From NCBI GenBank assembly GCA_903824725.1, contig CAIJXU010000089.1, positions 1,041-65,040 on the forward strand: DNA of 64,000 nt. The letters run 5' to 3'. Shown one piece after another: positions 31,341 to 41,588 of this stretch. The notes under the pieces are model-generated. The model was given only the letters and a program-made list of their open reading frames with translations. It did not search any database and was not told where the DNA came from. Both the position numbers and the translations under genes were made by a program. Each line of letters starts with the position of its first letter. Within the stretch, counting starts at the first letter, position 1. Origin of the DNA: an uncultured Bacteroidota bacterium. GTDB lineage: Bacteria > Bacteroidota > Bacteroidia > Chitinophagales > Chitinophagaceae.

Positions 31341-32563
31341 ATAAACTGCATTGTCTTTTGAGTAGCTCCCGAATTTTGTTGAATAAAGTTTGCCGATGCG
31401 GCACTAGCCTTATTATATTTGTCTTCTTGTTCAATTAATATATTTAAAATTCGTGTGAATGAATTTTCATCATGAATTTTAAATCCACCACCAAAGTCAA
31501 TAAGTCCAATAGCTTCTCTATATTTTTCATCATTGGGCCCCCAAAGCACAGGCTTTCCAAATGCGGCTGGTTCTAACACATTATGTATTCCTTCGGTATC
31601 AAATCCGCCACCAATATAGCTTACATAAGCATATTGATAAAGACTACGCAACAAACCTATTTGATCTACAATGATCACTTTTGAGTTATTAAATTTTTGA
31701 TTGGATTGAATAAAGGAAGTTAAGGTAGTTGCATTGTTGAAATGATTCAAACATTTTTGAATGGAAGGTACGTCCACATGATGCGGCACAATGATCCAAT
31801 TAAATTGCGAAAATTTTTCGGTTAATTTAGCCAATAAGATATGATCCTTTTCCCAAGTACTACCTGCAATGATTATTTTATCTTGATTCAATTTGTGTAA
31901 CCAATCAAATGGTTTTACTATTTGTGCTGTACTCCAAACACGATCAAAACGCGTATCGCCAGTAATTATTATTTTATTTTCAGCAATAATGGGTGCGATG
32001 AGTTTTATTGAATTTTCATCTTGTACCAAAATAGCATGAAATAAGTCAATCATCTTTTTGTAAAATCCGCCATACCATTTAAAAAATAATTGATTAGGTC
32101 TAAATAAAGCGGCCACTAAAATGGTAGGAATATTTCTGCGCTTGGCTTCCGATAAATAATAATACCAAAATTCATATTTGACAAAAATCACTAACTCGGG
32201 TTGGAGTAAATCAAAAAACCGTGTGGCGTGTTGAGCACCATCGAAAGGTAGGTAGGTTACAAAATCAACGCTCGGATCATTTTTACGATGCAAATATCCG
32301 GAAGGTGAAAAAAAAGTAAGCCAAATTTGATAGTTAGGATATTGCTTCTTGATGTTTTCAATAATGGGTAAGCCTTGTTCAAATTCACCATAAGAGGCAC
32401 AATGCACCCAAATAATTGGTTTATGCTTTTTTTGTGCGCATAAGGCAATCTCTTGCCATACCTTATCCTGCCCTAAAGTCCATTGTTTCGCTTTGGCATT
32501 AAAAGGGGCCATGCATTTGGCAAGGAAAGGGTAGCAGAGTAAAAATAGATTGTATAATCCCAT
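31313..32563 (-). CDS. waaA: 3-deoxy-D-manno-octulosonic acid transferase
   Basis: IWVHCASYGEFEQ, TFFSPSG, YLPFD, GDTRFD, AGSTW, HNVLEPA. Confidence 0.95.
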   Translation of the reverse strand: MGLYNLFLLCYPFLAKCMAPFNAKAKQWTLGQDKVWQEIALCAQKKHKPIIWVHCASYGEFEQGLPIIENIKKQYPNYQIWLTFFSPSGYLHRKNDPSVDFVTYLPFDGAQHATRFFDLLQPELVIFVKYEFWYYYLSEAKRRNIPTILVAALFRPNQLFFKWYGGFYKKMIDLFHAILVQDENSIKLIAPIIAENKIIITGDTRFDRVWSTAQIVKPFDWLHKLNQDKIIIAGSTWEKDHILLAKLTEKFSQFNWIIVPHHVDVPSIQKCLNHFNNATTLTSFIQSNQKFNNSKVIIVDQIGLLRSLYQYAYVSYIGGGFDTEGIHNVLEPAAFGKPVLWGPNDEKYREAIGLIDFGGGFKIHDENSFTRILNILIEQEDKYNKASAASANFIQQNSGATQKTMQFIQEKRLLTN

Positions 32564-32695
32564 AATTGACTTCTATCAAGCAAAAATCAATAAAATTTAC
32601 CATATAAAAGGACATTTATTTTGGATTAGTGCCTATGGGATTTACTTATTGGTCTAGATAGGCCTTTTTACCCTTTTTATAGTATTTTTGCAAAA

Positions 32696-33841
32696 ATGGA
32701 ATTGATGCGAAAAATTCAAATGGTAGATACAAAAAATCAGTATCTGGCGATAAAAAAAGAGGTAGATGAAGCCATTCAGTCTGTATTAGACTCCGCCTCC
32801 TATATTAACGGAAAAGCGGTACAAGAATTTAGCCAACATTTAGCCACTTATTTAAATGTGGCACATGTGGTGCCTTGTGCAAATGGAACAGATGCTTTGC
32901 AAATTGCCATGATGGCTTTGGATTTAAAACCAGGTGATGAAGTCATCACTCCTTCCTTTACTTATATTGCGACTACCGAAGTGGTTGCTTTATTAGGATT
33001 AACTCCTGTTTTTGTGGACGTGGATCCAATTACATATTGTATGGATATTGCTTCACTTAAAAAAGCCATTACCCCAAAAACCAAAGTGATCGTGCCTGTA
33101 CATTTATATGGACAAGCAGCACCGATGGAAGAAATTTTAGAAATTGCAGCGCTTCACCATATTTATGTCATCGAAGACAATGCACAAGCCATTGGATGTG
33201 ATTATACTTTTTCAAATGGAGTAACAAAAAAAACGGGTACCATGGGTCATATTGGAGCCACTTCGTTTTATCCTAGTAAAAACCTTGGTGCATTTGGAGA
33301 TGGCGGTGCTTTATGTACCAATGATAAAGCATTGGCTGATAAAATGTCCATGATAGCCAATCACGGACAATCTGCACGTTATTATCATGATGTGGTGGGA
33401 TGTAATTCAAGATTGGATTCCATACAAGCTGCTATTTTAAATATTAAATTGCAAAAATTAGATGCTTATAATGCAGCGCGTCAAAAAGTTGCACAATATT
33501 ATAATCAAGCTTTTTCAGATTTGAAACAAATCGTTACTCCGGGTGTAAAAAAATACAGCACACATGTATACCATCAATATACGATGCAACTCATTGGGGT
33601 TGATCGTGAAAAATTGATCAAACATTTAGCAGATATGGAAATTCCTTGCATGATTTATTATCCAGTGCCGGGTCATTTACAAAAGATGTTCGGAGCGCAT
33701 AAAAATGAATTGTTGGATTTGCCCGTTACAAATGCATTAACACCCGTGGTATGTTCCCTCCCTGTGCATACCGAAATGGATGAAACGCAATTAGCGTATA
33801 TTGTAGCAGGTATTAAATCGTTTTTTAATTCAAAAAATTAA
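32696..33841 (+). CDS. DegT/DnrJ/EryC1/StrS-family aminotransferase
   Basis: ANGTDAL, PVHLYGQ, EDNAQA, SFYPSKNLG, NSRLD. Confidence 0.93.
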   Translation: MELMRKIQMVDTKNQYLAIKKEVDEAIQSVLDSASYINGKAVQEFSQHLATYLNVAHVVPCANGTDALQIAMMALDLKPGDEVITPSFTYIATTEVVALLGLTPVFVDVDPITYCMDIASLKKAITPKTKVIVPVHLYGQAAPMEEILEIAALHHIYVIEDNAQAIGCDYTFSNGVTKKTGTMGHIGATSFYPSKNLGAFGDGGALCTNDKALADKMSMIANHGQSARYYHDVVGCNSRLDSIQAAILNIKLQKLDAYNAARQKVAQYYNQAFSDLKQIVTPGVKKYSTHVYHQYTMQLIGVDREKLIKHLADMEIPCMIYYPVPGHLQKMFGAHKNELLDLPVTNALTPVVCSLPVHTEMDETQLAYIVAGIKSFFNSKN

Positions 33842-33845
33842 TTAG

Positions 33846-35147
33846 ATGAAAATTACAGTCATTGGAACAGGGTATGTAGGATTGGTGACAGGAACTTGCT
33901 TCGCGGAAACGGGTAATAAAGTGACTTGTGTAGATATAGACAAAAATAAAGTAAACAAATTATCATCAGGGCAAATAACTATTTATGAACCTGGGTTAGA
34001 AAAAATATTTTTAAGAAATACAAAGGAAGGGCGGTTGGTGTTTACAACACAATTGGAAGAGGTGATAGATCAATCTGAAATAATTTTTCTTGCTTTGCCT
34101 ACGCCACCGGGCGCAGATGGTTCTGCAGATTTAAAATATGTATTAGAAGTAGCGGATCAGATTGGTAAGTTGATGAAGGAATATAAAGTCATTGTGAATA
34201 AGAGTACGGTTCCTGTGGGAACGGCTGATAAAGTAAGAGCAGCCATTGAAAATAATTATAAAGGTGAATTTGATGTGGTGAGCAATCCTGAATTTTTAAG
34301 AGAAGGAGTGGCTGTAGATGATTTTATGAAACCAGACAGGGTAGTAGTAGGTACTACATCGGAGCGTGCAAAAAAATTAATGAGCGAATTGTATTCGCCA
34401 TATGTGAGACAAGGGAATCCAGTTATTTACATGGATGAACGAAGCGCTGAATTAACAAAATATGCAGCCAATAGTTTTTTGGCCACCAAAATATCTTTCA
34501 TGAATGAGATTGCTCAATTATGTGAACGTATGGGCGCAGATGTGGATATGGTGCGCAAAGGAATAGGAAGTGATGATCGTATAGGAAAACGCTTTTTATT
34601 TCCTGGCATTGGATATGGTGGTAGTTGCTTCCCTAAAGATGTCCAAGCATTGGTCAAATCGGCAACCGATGTGGAATACAGCTTTGAGATATTAAAAGCT
34701 GTTGAAAAGGTGAATGCTTTACAAAAATTACATTTAGTAAAAAAAATAAGTGCCTATTTTAATCATCAGTTGCAAGGGAAAAAAATTGCTTTGTGGGGAT
34801 TGGCTTTTAAACCCAATACCGATGATATTAGAGATGCGCCTGCACTAGATATGATTGATGCTTTATTAACAGCAGGTGCTACAATTACAGCATATGATCC
34901 TGAAGCCATGACTAATGCAAAAAATATGATTGGAGATAAAATCGATTATGCTACCAATCAATATGTGGCATTGAAGGGCGCTGATGCCTTAGTAATTGCA
35001 ACAGAGTGGAGTGAATTTAGAACACCCGATTTTGATATGATTGAAATGAATTTAACCAGCAAAGTTATTTTCGATGGTCGAAATTTATTTGAAGTAGCCA
35101 AAATGAAAGAGTTAGGCTATCATTATGAGAGCATTGGTCGTTTTTAA
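33846..35147 (+). CDS. ugd: UDP-glucose 6-dehydrogenase
   Basis: IGTGYVGL, KSTVPVG, SNPEFLREG, GYGGSCFPKD, AFKPNTDD. Confidence 0.95.
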   Translation: MKITVIGTGYVGLVTGTCFAETGNKVTCVDIDKNKVNKLSSGQITIYEPGLEKIFLRNTKEGRLVFTTQLEEVIDQSEIIFLALPTPPGADGSADLKYVLEVADQIGKLMKEYKVIVNKSTVPVGTADKVRAAIENNYKGEFDVVSNPEFLREGVAVDDFMKPDRVVVGTTSERAKKLMSELYSPYVRQGNPVIYMDERSAELTKYAANSFLATKISFMNEIAQLCERMGADVDMVRKGIGSDDRIGKRFLFPGIGYGGSCFPKDVQALVKSATDVEYSFEILKAVEKVNALQKLHLVKKISAYFNHQLQGKKIALWGLAFKPNTDDIRDAPALDMIDALLTAGATITAYDPEAMTNAKNMIGDKIDYATNQYVALKGADALVIATEWSEFRTPDFDMIEMNLTSKVIFDGRNLFEVAKMKELGYHYESIGRF

Positions 35148-35198
35148 ATTAAGTCAGTTTACAACTGAAAATTATAACAGAGGTATAAACAAAAAATA

Positions 35199-36179
35199 AT
35201 GAGTCAAAAAAGAATATTAATAACGGGTGCTGCTGGATTCTTAGGGTCTCATTTATGTGATCGATTTATTCGTGAAGGCTTTAAAGTCATTGCAATGGAT
35301 AATTTGATTACAGGCGACATGAAAAATATCGAACATTTAATATCCAATGAAAATTTTGAGTTTATACTTCATGATGTTACTAAATTTATTGAAATAAAAG
35401 GCGAGTTAGATTATATTTTACATTTTGCATCTCCAGCAAGCCCCATCGATTATTTAAAAATTCCAATACAAACATTAAAAGTGGGTGCATTGGGTACGCA
35501 TAATTGTTTGGGCTTAGCGAAAGATAAAAAAGCACGCATCTTGGTGGCAAGTACCAGCGAAGTATACGGCGATCCTTTAGTACATCCGCAAACCGAAGAA
35601 TATTGGGGTAATGTAAATCCAGTAGGACCAAGGGGCGTGTACGATGAAGCTAAGCGTTATATGGAAAGCATTACAACGGCTTATCATACTTTTCATCATG
35701 TCGAAACTAGGATCATTCGCATCTTCAATACCTATGGTCCAAGAATGCGACTTAATGATGGACGAGCGCTACCTGCTTTTATTGGTCAAGCATTAAGAGG
35801 GGAGGATATGACGGTATTTGGGGACGGATCACAAACACGAAGTTTTTGTTATGTAGATGATTTAGTAGAAGGCATTTATAGATTATTGTTAAGTGACTAT
35901 TCGAGTCCTGTTAATATTGGTAATCCAAACGAAATAAGTTTAAAGGATTTTGCTGAAGAAGTTTTAAAATTAACAGGGTCCAAGGTTAAAATTATTTACA
36001 AACCACTTCCGGTGGACGACCCTAAGCAACGCCAACCAGATATTTCTAAAGCTAAATCCTTATTGGGATGGGAGCCAAAAGTAGAACGTGCAGAAGGTTT
36101 AAAAAAGACATACGATTATTTTAAAGCTTTGCCTTCGAGTGAGTGGACCAAATTGCCAAAGGAATTTATTTCAAAATAA
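35199..36179 (+). CDS. UDP-glucuronate decarboxylase (UDP-xylose synthase) family SDR
   Basis: [52 protein letters not shown]. Confidence 0.92.
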   Translation: MSQKRILITGAAGFLGSHLCDRFIREGFKVIAMDNLITGDMKNIEHLISNENFEFILHDVTKFIEIKGELDYILHFASPASPIDYLKIPIQTLKVGALGTHNCLGLAKDKKARILVASTSEVYGDPLVHPQTEEYWGNVNPVGPRGVYDEAKRYMESITTAYHTFHHVETRIIRIFNTYGPRMRLNDGRALPAFIGQALRGEDMTVFGDGSQTRSFCYVDDLVEGIYRLLLSDYSSPVNIGNPNEISLKDFAEEVLKLTGSKVKIIYKPLPVDDPKQRQPDISKAKSLLGWEPKVERAEGLKKTYDYFKALPSSEWTKLPKEFISK

Positions 36180-36210
36180 AAAATCCACTCGCTGACTTAA
36201 ATTTTATGCC

Positions 36211-37095
36211 ATGCCTATCAAAAAAATTTTAGTAACAGGAGCGAATGGGCAATTGGGCTGGTCCTTGTCACAATTGACTACACAATATCCTTCTTTTGAA
36301 TTTATTTTTGCTGATAAATCGATGTTTGATTTATCAAAGCCTGCCTTATTTGAATCCTTGATTCAGAAAATAGCACCCCAAATTATTATAAATACAGCAG
36401 CCTATACTGCAGTAGATAAAGCAGAAACTGAAAAAGATTTATCGGTATTGGTGAATACCTCAGCAGTGGTTGAATTGGCTAGAGTGGCTAAACTACATGA
36501 TATAGTATTGATTACTTTTTCTACCGATTATGTATTTAATGGCTTGGCTAAAACACCTTATTTAACCGAAACTAAAAGAGAGCCAGTTAATTTTTATGGT
36601 GAAACAAAAGCCAATGGAGAAGCTTTGGCATTAGAGGTAAATCCCCATATCATTATCATTCGAACTTCATGGGTATTTAGTAGTCATGGGAATAATTTTT
36701 TCAAAACCATGTGTCGTTTGATGAAGGAAAGAGCAAGTTTAAATATTGTATCAGATCAAATAGGTCGACCTACTTATGCGCATGATTTAGCCAAGGCTAC
36801 AATGCAAATGATTGTTGCGATTCAGCAAGGAAAACCATTAAAAGGTATTTATCATTATGCGAATCAAGGGGTCACTAGTTGGTTTGAATTTGCGCAAAAA
36901 ATAAAACAAAATGCAGGCTTAAGCTGCGATATATTTCCCATAGTTACTAGTCAGTTTCCAACACCAGCAAAGCGTCCAGCTTATTCGGTATTAGATACAC
37001 AAAAAATAGAACAGGAGTTAGGTTTGGAGATTCCTCATTGGGAGGCATCCTTATTAGATTGTCAAAAAAAATTAGCTGAACAAAATATAATATGA
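36211..37095 (+). CDS. rfbD: dTDP-4-dehydrorhamnose reductase
   Basis: TGANGQLG, AAYTAVDKAE, STDYVF, YGETK, RTSWV, DQIGRPT, AKRPAYS. Confidence 0.95.
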   Translation: MPIKKILVTGANGQLGWSLSQLTTQYPSFEFIFADKSMFDLSKPALFESLIQKIAPQIIINTAAYTAVDKAETEKDLSVLVNTSAVVELARVAKLHDIVLITFSTDYVFNGLAKTPYLTETKREPVNFYGETKANGEALALEVNPHIIIIRTSWVFSSHGNNFFKTMCRLMKERASLNIVSDQIGRPTYAHDLAKATMQMIVAIQQGKPLKGIYHYANQGVTSWFEFAQKIKQNAGLSCDIFPIVTSQFPTPAKRPAYSVLDTQKIEQELGLEIPHWEASLLDCQKKLAEQNII

Positions 37096-37502
37096 AAAAA
37101 GAAGCCCTTTTAAAACAACTACAATCACAAACTTATGTGATGATAAAACCATCTCCTTTGCATGGTATTGGTGTATTTGCGATTAGGGACATTCCAAAAG
37201 GAACAAAAAATATTTTTTCAGAAGGGTTTGGCGATTGGATACAAGTAAGCAAGCAGGAAGTTGATGCTTTACCTAAACATTCAAGGGATTTGATCGAAAA
37301 TCATTGTTTGTTTGATGACAATAATTATTTTATTCCAGAATATGGATTTAAATTAGTGGACTTGGTTATTTATTTGAATCATTCAGATACCCCCAATGTT
37401 GTATCATTAAATGAAGGAGAGCAATTTGAGGCATTAATAGATATCAAGGAAGGCCAAGAGTTGTTAGTAGATTATGGAACGATAGTAGAAAGTACTGAGT
37501 AG
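37092..37502 (+). CDS. SET-domain protein (putative lysine methyltransferase)
   Basis: SPLHGIGVFAIRDIPKG, YLNHSDTPN, DIKEGQELLVDYG. Overlaps the rfbD stop by 4 nt. Confidence 0.85.
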   Translation: MKKEALLKQLQSQTYVMIKPSPLHGIGVFAIRDIPKGTKNIFSEGFGDWIQVSKQEVDALPKHSRDLIENHCLFDDNNYFIPEYGFKLVDLVIYLNHSDTPNVVSLNEGEQFEALIDIKEGQELLVDYGTIVESTE

Positions 37503-37533
37503 GATTTAATTTATAAATTCAAATCGACACAAA

Positions 37534-38235
37534 ATGAAAAAATTACTTTTTTTGATGTTCGGCTTTATGATTTTTCAAAATGCTAATGCCTTTTTTTTAA
37601 AAGATACCATTAAGATAAATAAAACAATTGATTTTGAATTGGACGGGGCAGGGACCAATAAACAATGGGATGCTGCTCAATGGTTTTCATTAACACAACT
37701 GGATTCAGGCATCCGTAATTATGATACCAAATTTAAAATATTGTATTCTAGTGCTGGCATCTATGTTTTTTTTACTGGCAATGATAAAAAAGTGACTTCT
37801 ACTTTTACCAAAGATTTTGATAACTTGTATAACGCCGATGTTTTTGAAGTCTTTTTTCATCCAGAGCCTAAGACGCCTATTTACTTAGAGTATGAAGTAA
37901 ATGCATTGAATGCGGAATTGGTGCTTTTAGTACCACATTTAGATACAAAAGCATTAGGCTGGGCACCTTGGCATTATGATGGCAAACGAAAAGTGACTAA
38001 AAAGGTAATGGTACATCAGGTCAATAATGAAATGTATAAATGGTCTGCTGAATTATTTTTTCCTATCTCCTTATTTGGGCCACTACAAAATACCAAACTC
38101 GATAAAGGAGTATGTTGGAATGCTAATTTTTATAGATTAGATTATGATGCGGGTAAAATGATAAAGTGGGCCTGGTCTCCTGTAATAGCTAGTTTCCATG
38201 AGTTTGATAAATATGGCGTGATTCAATTTAACTAA
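37534..38235 (+). CDS. Secreted CBM9-like/DOMON-like carbohydrate-binding protein
   Basis: Signal peptide, LDG...W, DVFEVF, YLEYEVN, WSAELFFP, WNANFYRLD, WSP..FH. Confidence 0.8.
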   Translation: MKKLLFLMFGFMIFQNANAFFLKDTIKINKTIDFELDGAGTNKQWDAAQWFSLTQLDSGIRNYDTKFKILYSSAGIYVFFTGNDKKVTSTFTKDFDNLYNADVFEVFFHPEPKTPIYLEYEVNALNAELVLLVPHLDTKALGWAPWHYDGKRKVTKKVMVHQVNNEMYKWSAELFFPISLFGPLQNTKLDKGVCWNANFYRLDYDAGKMIKWAWSPVIASFHEFDKYGVIQFN

Positions 38236-38250
38236 ACAATAAGCACCATT

Positions 38251-38290
38251 ATAAAAAAAGCGTCCCGATCTATTGGGACGCTTTTTTTAT
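38251..38290. terminator. Bidirectional intrinsic terminator (CCCGA-N4-TYGGG family)
   Basis: ATAAAAAAAGCGTCCCGA-TCTA-TTGGGACGCTTTTTTTAT between convergent genes. Confidence 0.85.
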
Positions 38291-38313
38291 ATCAGCTAGT
38301 TCAAATAATTATT

Positions 38314-39387
38314 TTAATCCTTAGGCGTTTTTTTATGCCAATAAGAAGCAAGGATGGAACCTGTGATATTCATAAAAGGTCCAAAAACAGCAGGGGCCAA
38401 TCCCATTGTGGCTGCTTTGCCAAGCTTTTCAGCAAGTCCCGATGCTAAGCCTCCATTTTGCATACCTACTTCAATAGCAATTGTACGACTATCTCTTTCG
38501 CCCAATCTAAATAAGCGTCCAATCCAATAGCCAAATAAATAGCCAGATGTATTATGAATAAAAGAGACTAAAATCAATAAGGGTCCAATAGTTAATAAAC
38601 TTTTACTACCAGCGGCAGTAATAACAATGATGATGGTGGCAATTCCAAACATGGATACCGATGGCATTAATTTATCAAGCCAAGTGGTTTTACCTTTGAT
38701 ATATCTATTGAATAATAATCCTAAAGTAATGGGGACAATCACTATTTGTAAGATATGAATAAACATATCCGTTGCCTTGATTTCAATAAACTGTCCTCCT
38801 AATACTTTCATTAAAAAAGGTGTTAAAAAAGTAGCAAGGATGGTGCTGACACTCGTAAGGGTAACCGATAATGCTAAATTGGCTTTAGCTAAATAGGACA
38901 TCACATTGGAGGCAAGCCCACATGGCATGGAACCAATTAATACAATTCCTGCTGCAATTTCAGGTTCAAAATGAAACAGCTTAGCCAAAGCGAAACCCAT
39001 TAAAGGCATAAATGTAAAGTGACCTGCGAGTCCAATAATGACTGCCTTTGGTTGTTCGGCCACTCTCTTGAAATCCTTTAATCCAATTTCGGTTCCCATT
39101 CCAAACATAATAATTTGGATCAATGGCGTAATTAAGCCCTTTAATTTAAAATCGCCTACTTTTAAAAAATACTGAGGATAATTCAAAGTGATACATACAC
39201 ATGCAAGTATCACCATGGTGAAACTTAGTCCTTGGAGCGTTTCGGTTCCTTTAACTCCTAAGCTTAAGGATAAAAATCCTAATGATACAATCAATCCTAA
39301 ATAATCAGTGATGTGTAAAAGGTATAAAATACCTGATAACGCAAATAATATTAAGGAAATAACTAAAAATGGTTTGTAATTTTTCAT
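38314..39387 (-). CDS. Bile acid:sodium symporter (BASS) family transporter
   Basis: IMFGMG, PCGLASNVMSYLAKANLALSV, TIAIEVGMQNGGLA. Confidence 0.92.
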   Translation of the reverse strand: MKNYKPFLVISLILFALSGILYLLHITDYLGLIVSLGFLSLSLGVKGTETLQGLSFTMVILACVCITLNYPQYFLKVGDFKLKGLITPLIQIIMFGMGTEIGLKDFKRVAEQPKAVIIGLAGHFTFMPLMGFALAKLFHFEPEIAAGIVLIGSMPCGLASNVMSYLAKANLALSVTLTSVSTILATFLTPFLMKVLGGQFIEIKATDMFIHILQIVIVPITLGLLFNRYIKGKTTWLDKLMPSVSMFGIATIIIVITAAGSKSLLTIGPLLILVSFIHNTSGYLFGYWIGRLFRLGERDSRTIAIEVGMQNGGLASGLAEKLGKAATMGLAPAVFGPFMNITGSILASYWHKKTPKD

Positions 39388-39410
39388 TTGATATTTTAAT
39401 TAAGGGATGC

Positions 39411-40328
39411 TTACCAAGTTCTTTTTTCTAAAAACTTTTCGAGCGCTTCTTTTGTAATAACGGGTTCATTGGGGTGTGCACTAATCCAATTTAAAAAGGA
39501 AGTTTTTATTTCTTCTGTCCATTGGTTGTCAATTTGACCCGCATTGTATTTGCCAGATTTTAAAACATCTTTTGAAAAGCGATCTCTAACAGAAATAAAC
39601 TCCGAAGTAGCGACTACTTTTTCAGCCATATGTGCTGGGATAAATAAGACGCCTTCTCTTTCAGATAATACTAAATCACCTGGCATAACTATAGCAGCAC
39701 CAATGCGAATGGGGCCATTTAATCCAATGAGTACTACTTCCTCTAAAAAGGAGGGATGAAAATCCCTTACATAGGCATTGAAACCTTTTATTTGTTCTAG
39801 TCCTGATAAGTCCCTAGCAGAACCATCAAAGATGACACCATTTCCTGTTTTATTAAAAATAGATGTACTTAAGTTATCGCCTACTAAAGTGCCTTGTGCA
39901 ATTTTTCCAAATGATTCGGCAACATACACATCTCCTTTTTGAAGAATTTCAATTGGCCAAGCATTCGTATTCCCTTTTCGTCCTTCTTTTTTACCACGAT
40001 CTTTAATAAGCGCTTCAATGTCAGGTCGAGTAGGGCTGTACTTAGCTGTGACAGCTCTTCCTACTATAGGAACATTGTCATGAACCATTTTCCAATTTCC
40101 TTCAAATTGATTGTTGTATCCTTCATTATGTAAAACCTGCCAAGCTTCCTCAATACCTATTTTTTTTGCACGAGCAATTAAGTCATCGCTAATTTTAGGG
40201 CGACCATCCTCAAATCTTTCGCCTTTCCATTGTGATGTTAAATATTCTAATTCCGATTTAGGGAATAATTGAGCTTGGGCAAAATAAAAACAACTTGACA
40301 ACAATAAAAGCAATCCTATTTTTTTCAT
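39411..40328 (-). CDS. RraA/HMG-aldolase-like protein with Sec signal peptide
   Basis: Likely start MKKIGLLLLLSSCFYFAQAQ at 40328. VGRAVT, LVGDNL, DGSARD, VMPGDLVLSEREGVLFIP. Confidence 0.82.
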   Translation of the reverse strand: MKKIGLLLLLSSCFYFAQAQLFPKSELEYLTSQWKGERFEDGRPKISDDLIARAKKIGIEEAWQVLHNEGYNNQFEGNWKMVHDNVPIVGRAVTAKYSPTRPDIEALIKDRGKKEGRKGNTNAWPIEILQKGDVYVAESFGKIAQGTLVGDNLSTSIFNKTGNGVIFDGSARDLSGLEQIKGFNAYVRDFHPSFLEEVVLIGLNGPIRIGAAIVMPGDLVLSEREGVLFIPAHMAEKVVATSEFISVRDRFSKDVLKSGKYNAGQIDNQWTEEIKTSFLNWISAHPNEPVITKEALEKFLEKRTW

Positions 40329-40341
40329 ATTTATTTTTAAT

Positions 40342-41559
40342 TTAAACCTTAGCACCTTCTAATATTTCTTTTAATCTTTTAGCAACAATTTTATCTTCCC
40401 CTTCTTGTAAAGACCATGCAGTAATACCAATATTATCTTTGCCACCAACTACTTCAATAGAAGGGTTACCATTGCGTAACTCAAGTTTCAGGGCTTCACC
40501 AGTTTTGCTAATTTTACTGTAATCAAAAGTAATATTTAATGTAGGAGTCACATTACCTAACACTGGTGTTGTTATAGTAGTGCTTACGCCAGGAACAGAC
40601 ATCGCTGCTGCTTGTATTTTTTTGATTCTTTCTAAAAATACAAGTGCTTCAGCATCATGATCAATTTTTACAAATTCCTCAACTGCAACCAGCATTCCTA
40701 AAATTTCTTCTTTGTTTACTTTCATTCCACGACCAATTGTTTCCCCGCGAGGAGGCATGGATAGTCGAGCTGCTTTAATTAAATCTTTTTTGCCCATTAA
40801 CAAGCCCGCACTTTGTGGTCCTCTTAATGCTTTACCGCCCGAAATGGCAACAAAATCAAAACCCATTTCATTAAAGCGCCATAAGTTACTTACGGGTGGC
40901 ACATCCGCTGCAATATCAATAGTGGTGGGAATGCCATATTGCTTTCCAATAGCGACCCACTCTTCATGTTGAATTTTACCTTTGTCAGATTGTACATGAA
41001 GAAAATGCATAGCTGCTGTATTTTTATTGATTGCATTTTTTAATTCTTCAACAGTTTCAATCATAATCACTTTTACACCTGTATTGGTTAATGCTTGATT
41101 ATATCCAATGGCATGTGCTTTTTGACAGATCACTTCTGTTTTCATTCCAGTGCCTTCTAATTTAGGAAGTTGCTTTACTTTAACAGGATCTAATCCAGTT
41201 AAAATTCCTGCCATTCCTAAAGTTAATGCTGCAAATGCGCCGCTTGTTACCACCACTGATTCTGCTTTGGTAATCTCAGCCAATCTTTCGCCCACTTTAT
41301 CTTGTATTTCATCTAGCATACAAAATTTATGGGAGGCTTGTCTGATTGCTTCTACTGTGGCTGGACGCATCAATGTTGCAGTCATTGCAGTATAGGTTCC
41401 AGCTGCATTAATAAAAGTGCGTACACCCAATTCAGCAAACAAATCACGACCTGCAGCTACAGCTAAAGGAGTAGCATTCGCACTTGTGATTCCACCAACA
41501 ATGGAGGCACCTGCAAGTGGGGTGATTGAAATATATTTTAAGAGGTCTCTGCGTTTCAT
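40342..41559 (-). CDS. SelA/DgaE-like PLP-dependent enzyme #1 with Tat signal
   Basis: Start MKRRDLLK at 41559. LGVRTFINAAGTYT, DIAAD, PLP-Lys motif SGGKALRGPQSAG, GRGMKVNKEE. Confidence 0.88.
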   Translation of the reverse strand: MKRRDLLKYISITPLAGASIVGGITSANATPLAVAAGRDLFAELGVRTFINAAGTYTAMTATLMRPATVEAIRQASHKFCMLDEIQDKVGERLAEITKAESVVVTSGAFAALTLGMAGILTGLDPVKVKQLPKLEGTGMKTEVICQKAHAIGYNQALTNTGVKVIMIETVEELKNAINKNTAAMHFLHVQSDKGKIQHEEWVAIGKQYGIPTTIDIAADVPPVSNLWRFNEMGFDFVAISGGKALRGPQSAGLLMGKKDLIKAARLSMPPRGETIGRGMKVNKEEILGMLVAVEEFVKIDHDAEALVFLERIKKIQAAAMSVPGVSTTITTPVLGNVTPTLNITFDYSKISKTGEALKLELRNGNPSIEVVGGKDNIGITAWSLQEGEDKIVAKRLKEILEGAKV

Positions 41560-41588
41560 GTTATTTATTTTAATTATAAAACCAAAAT

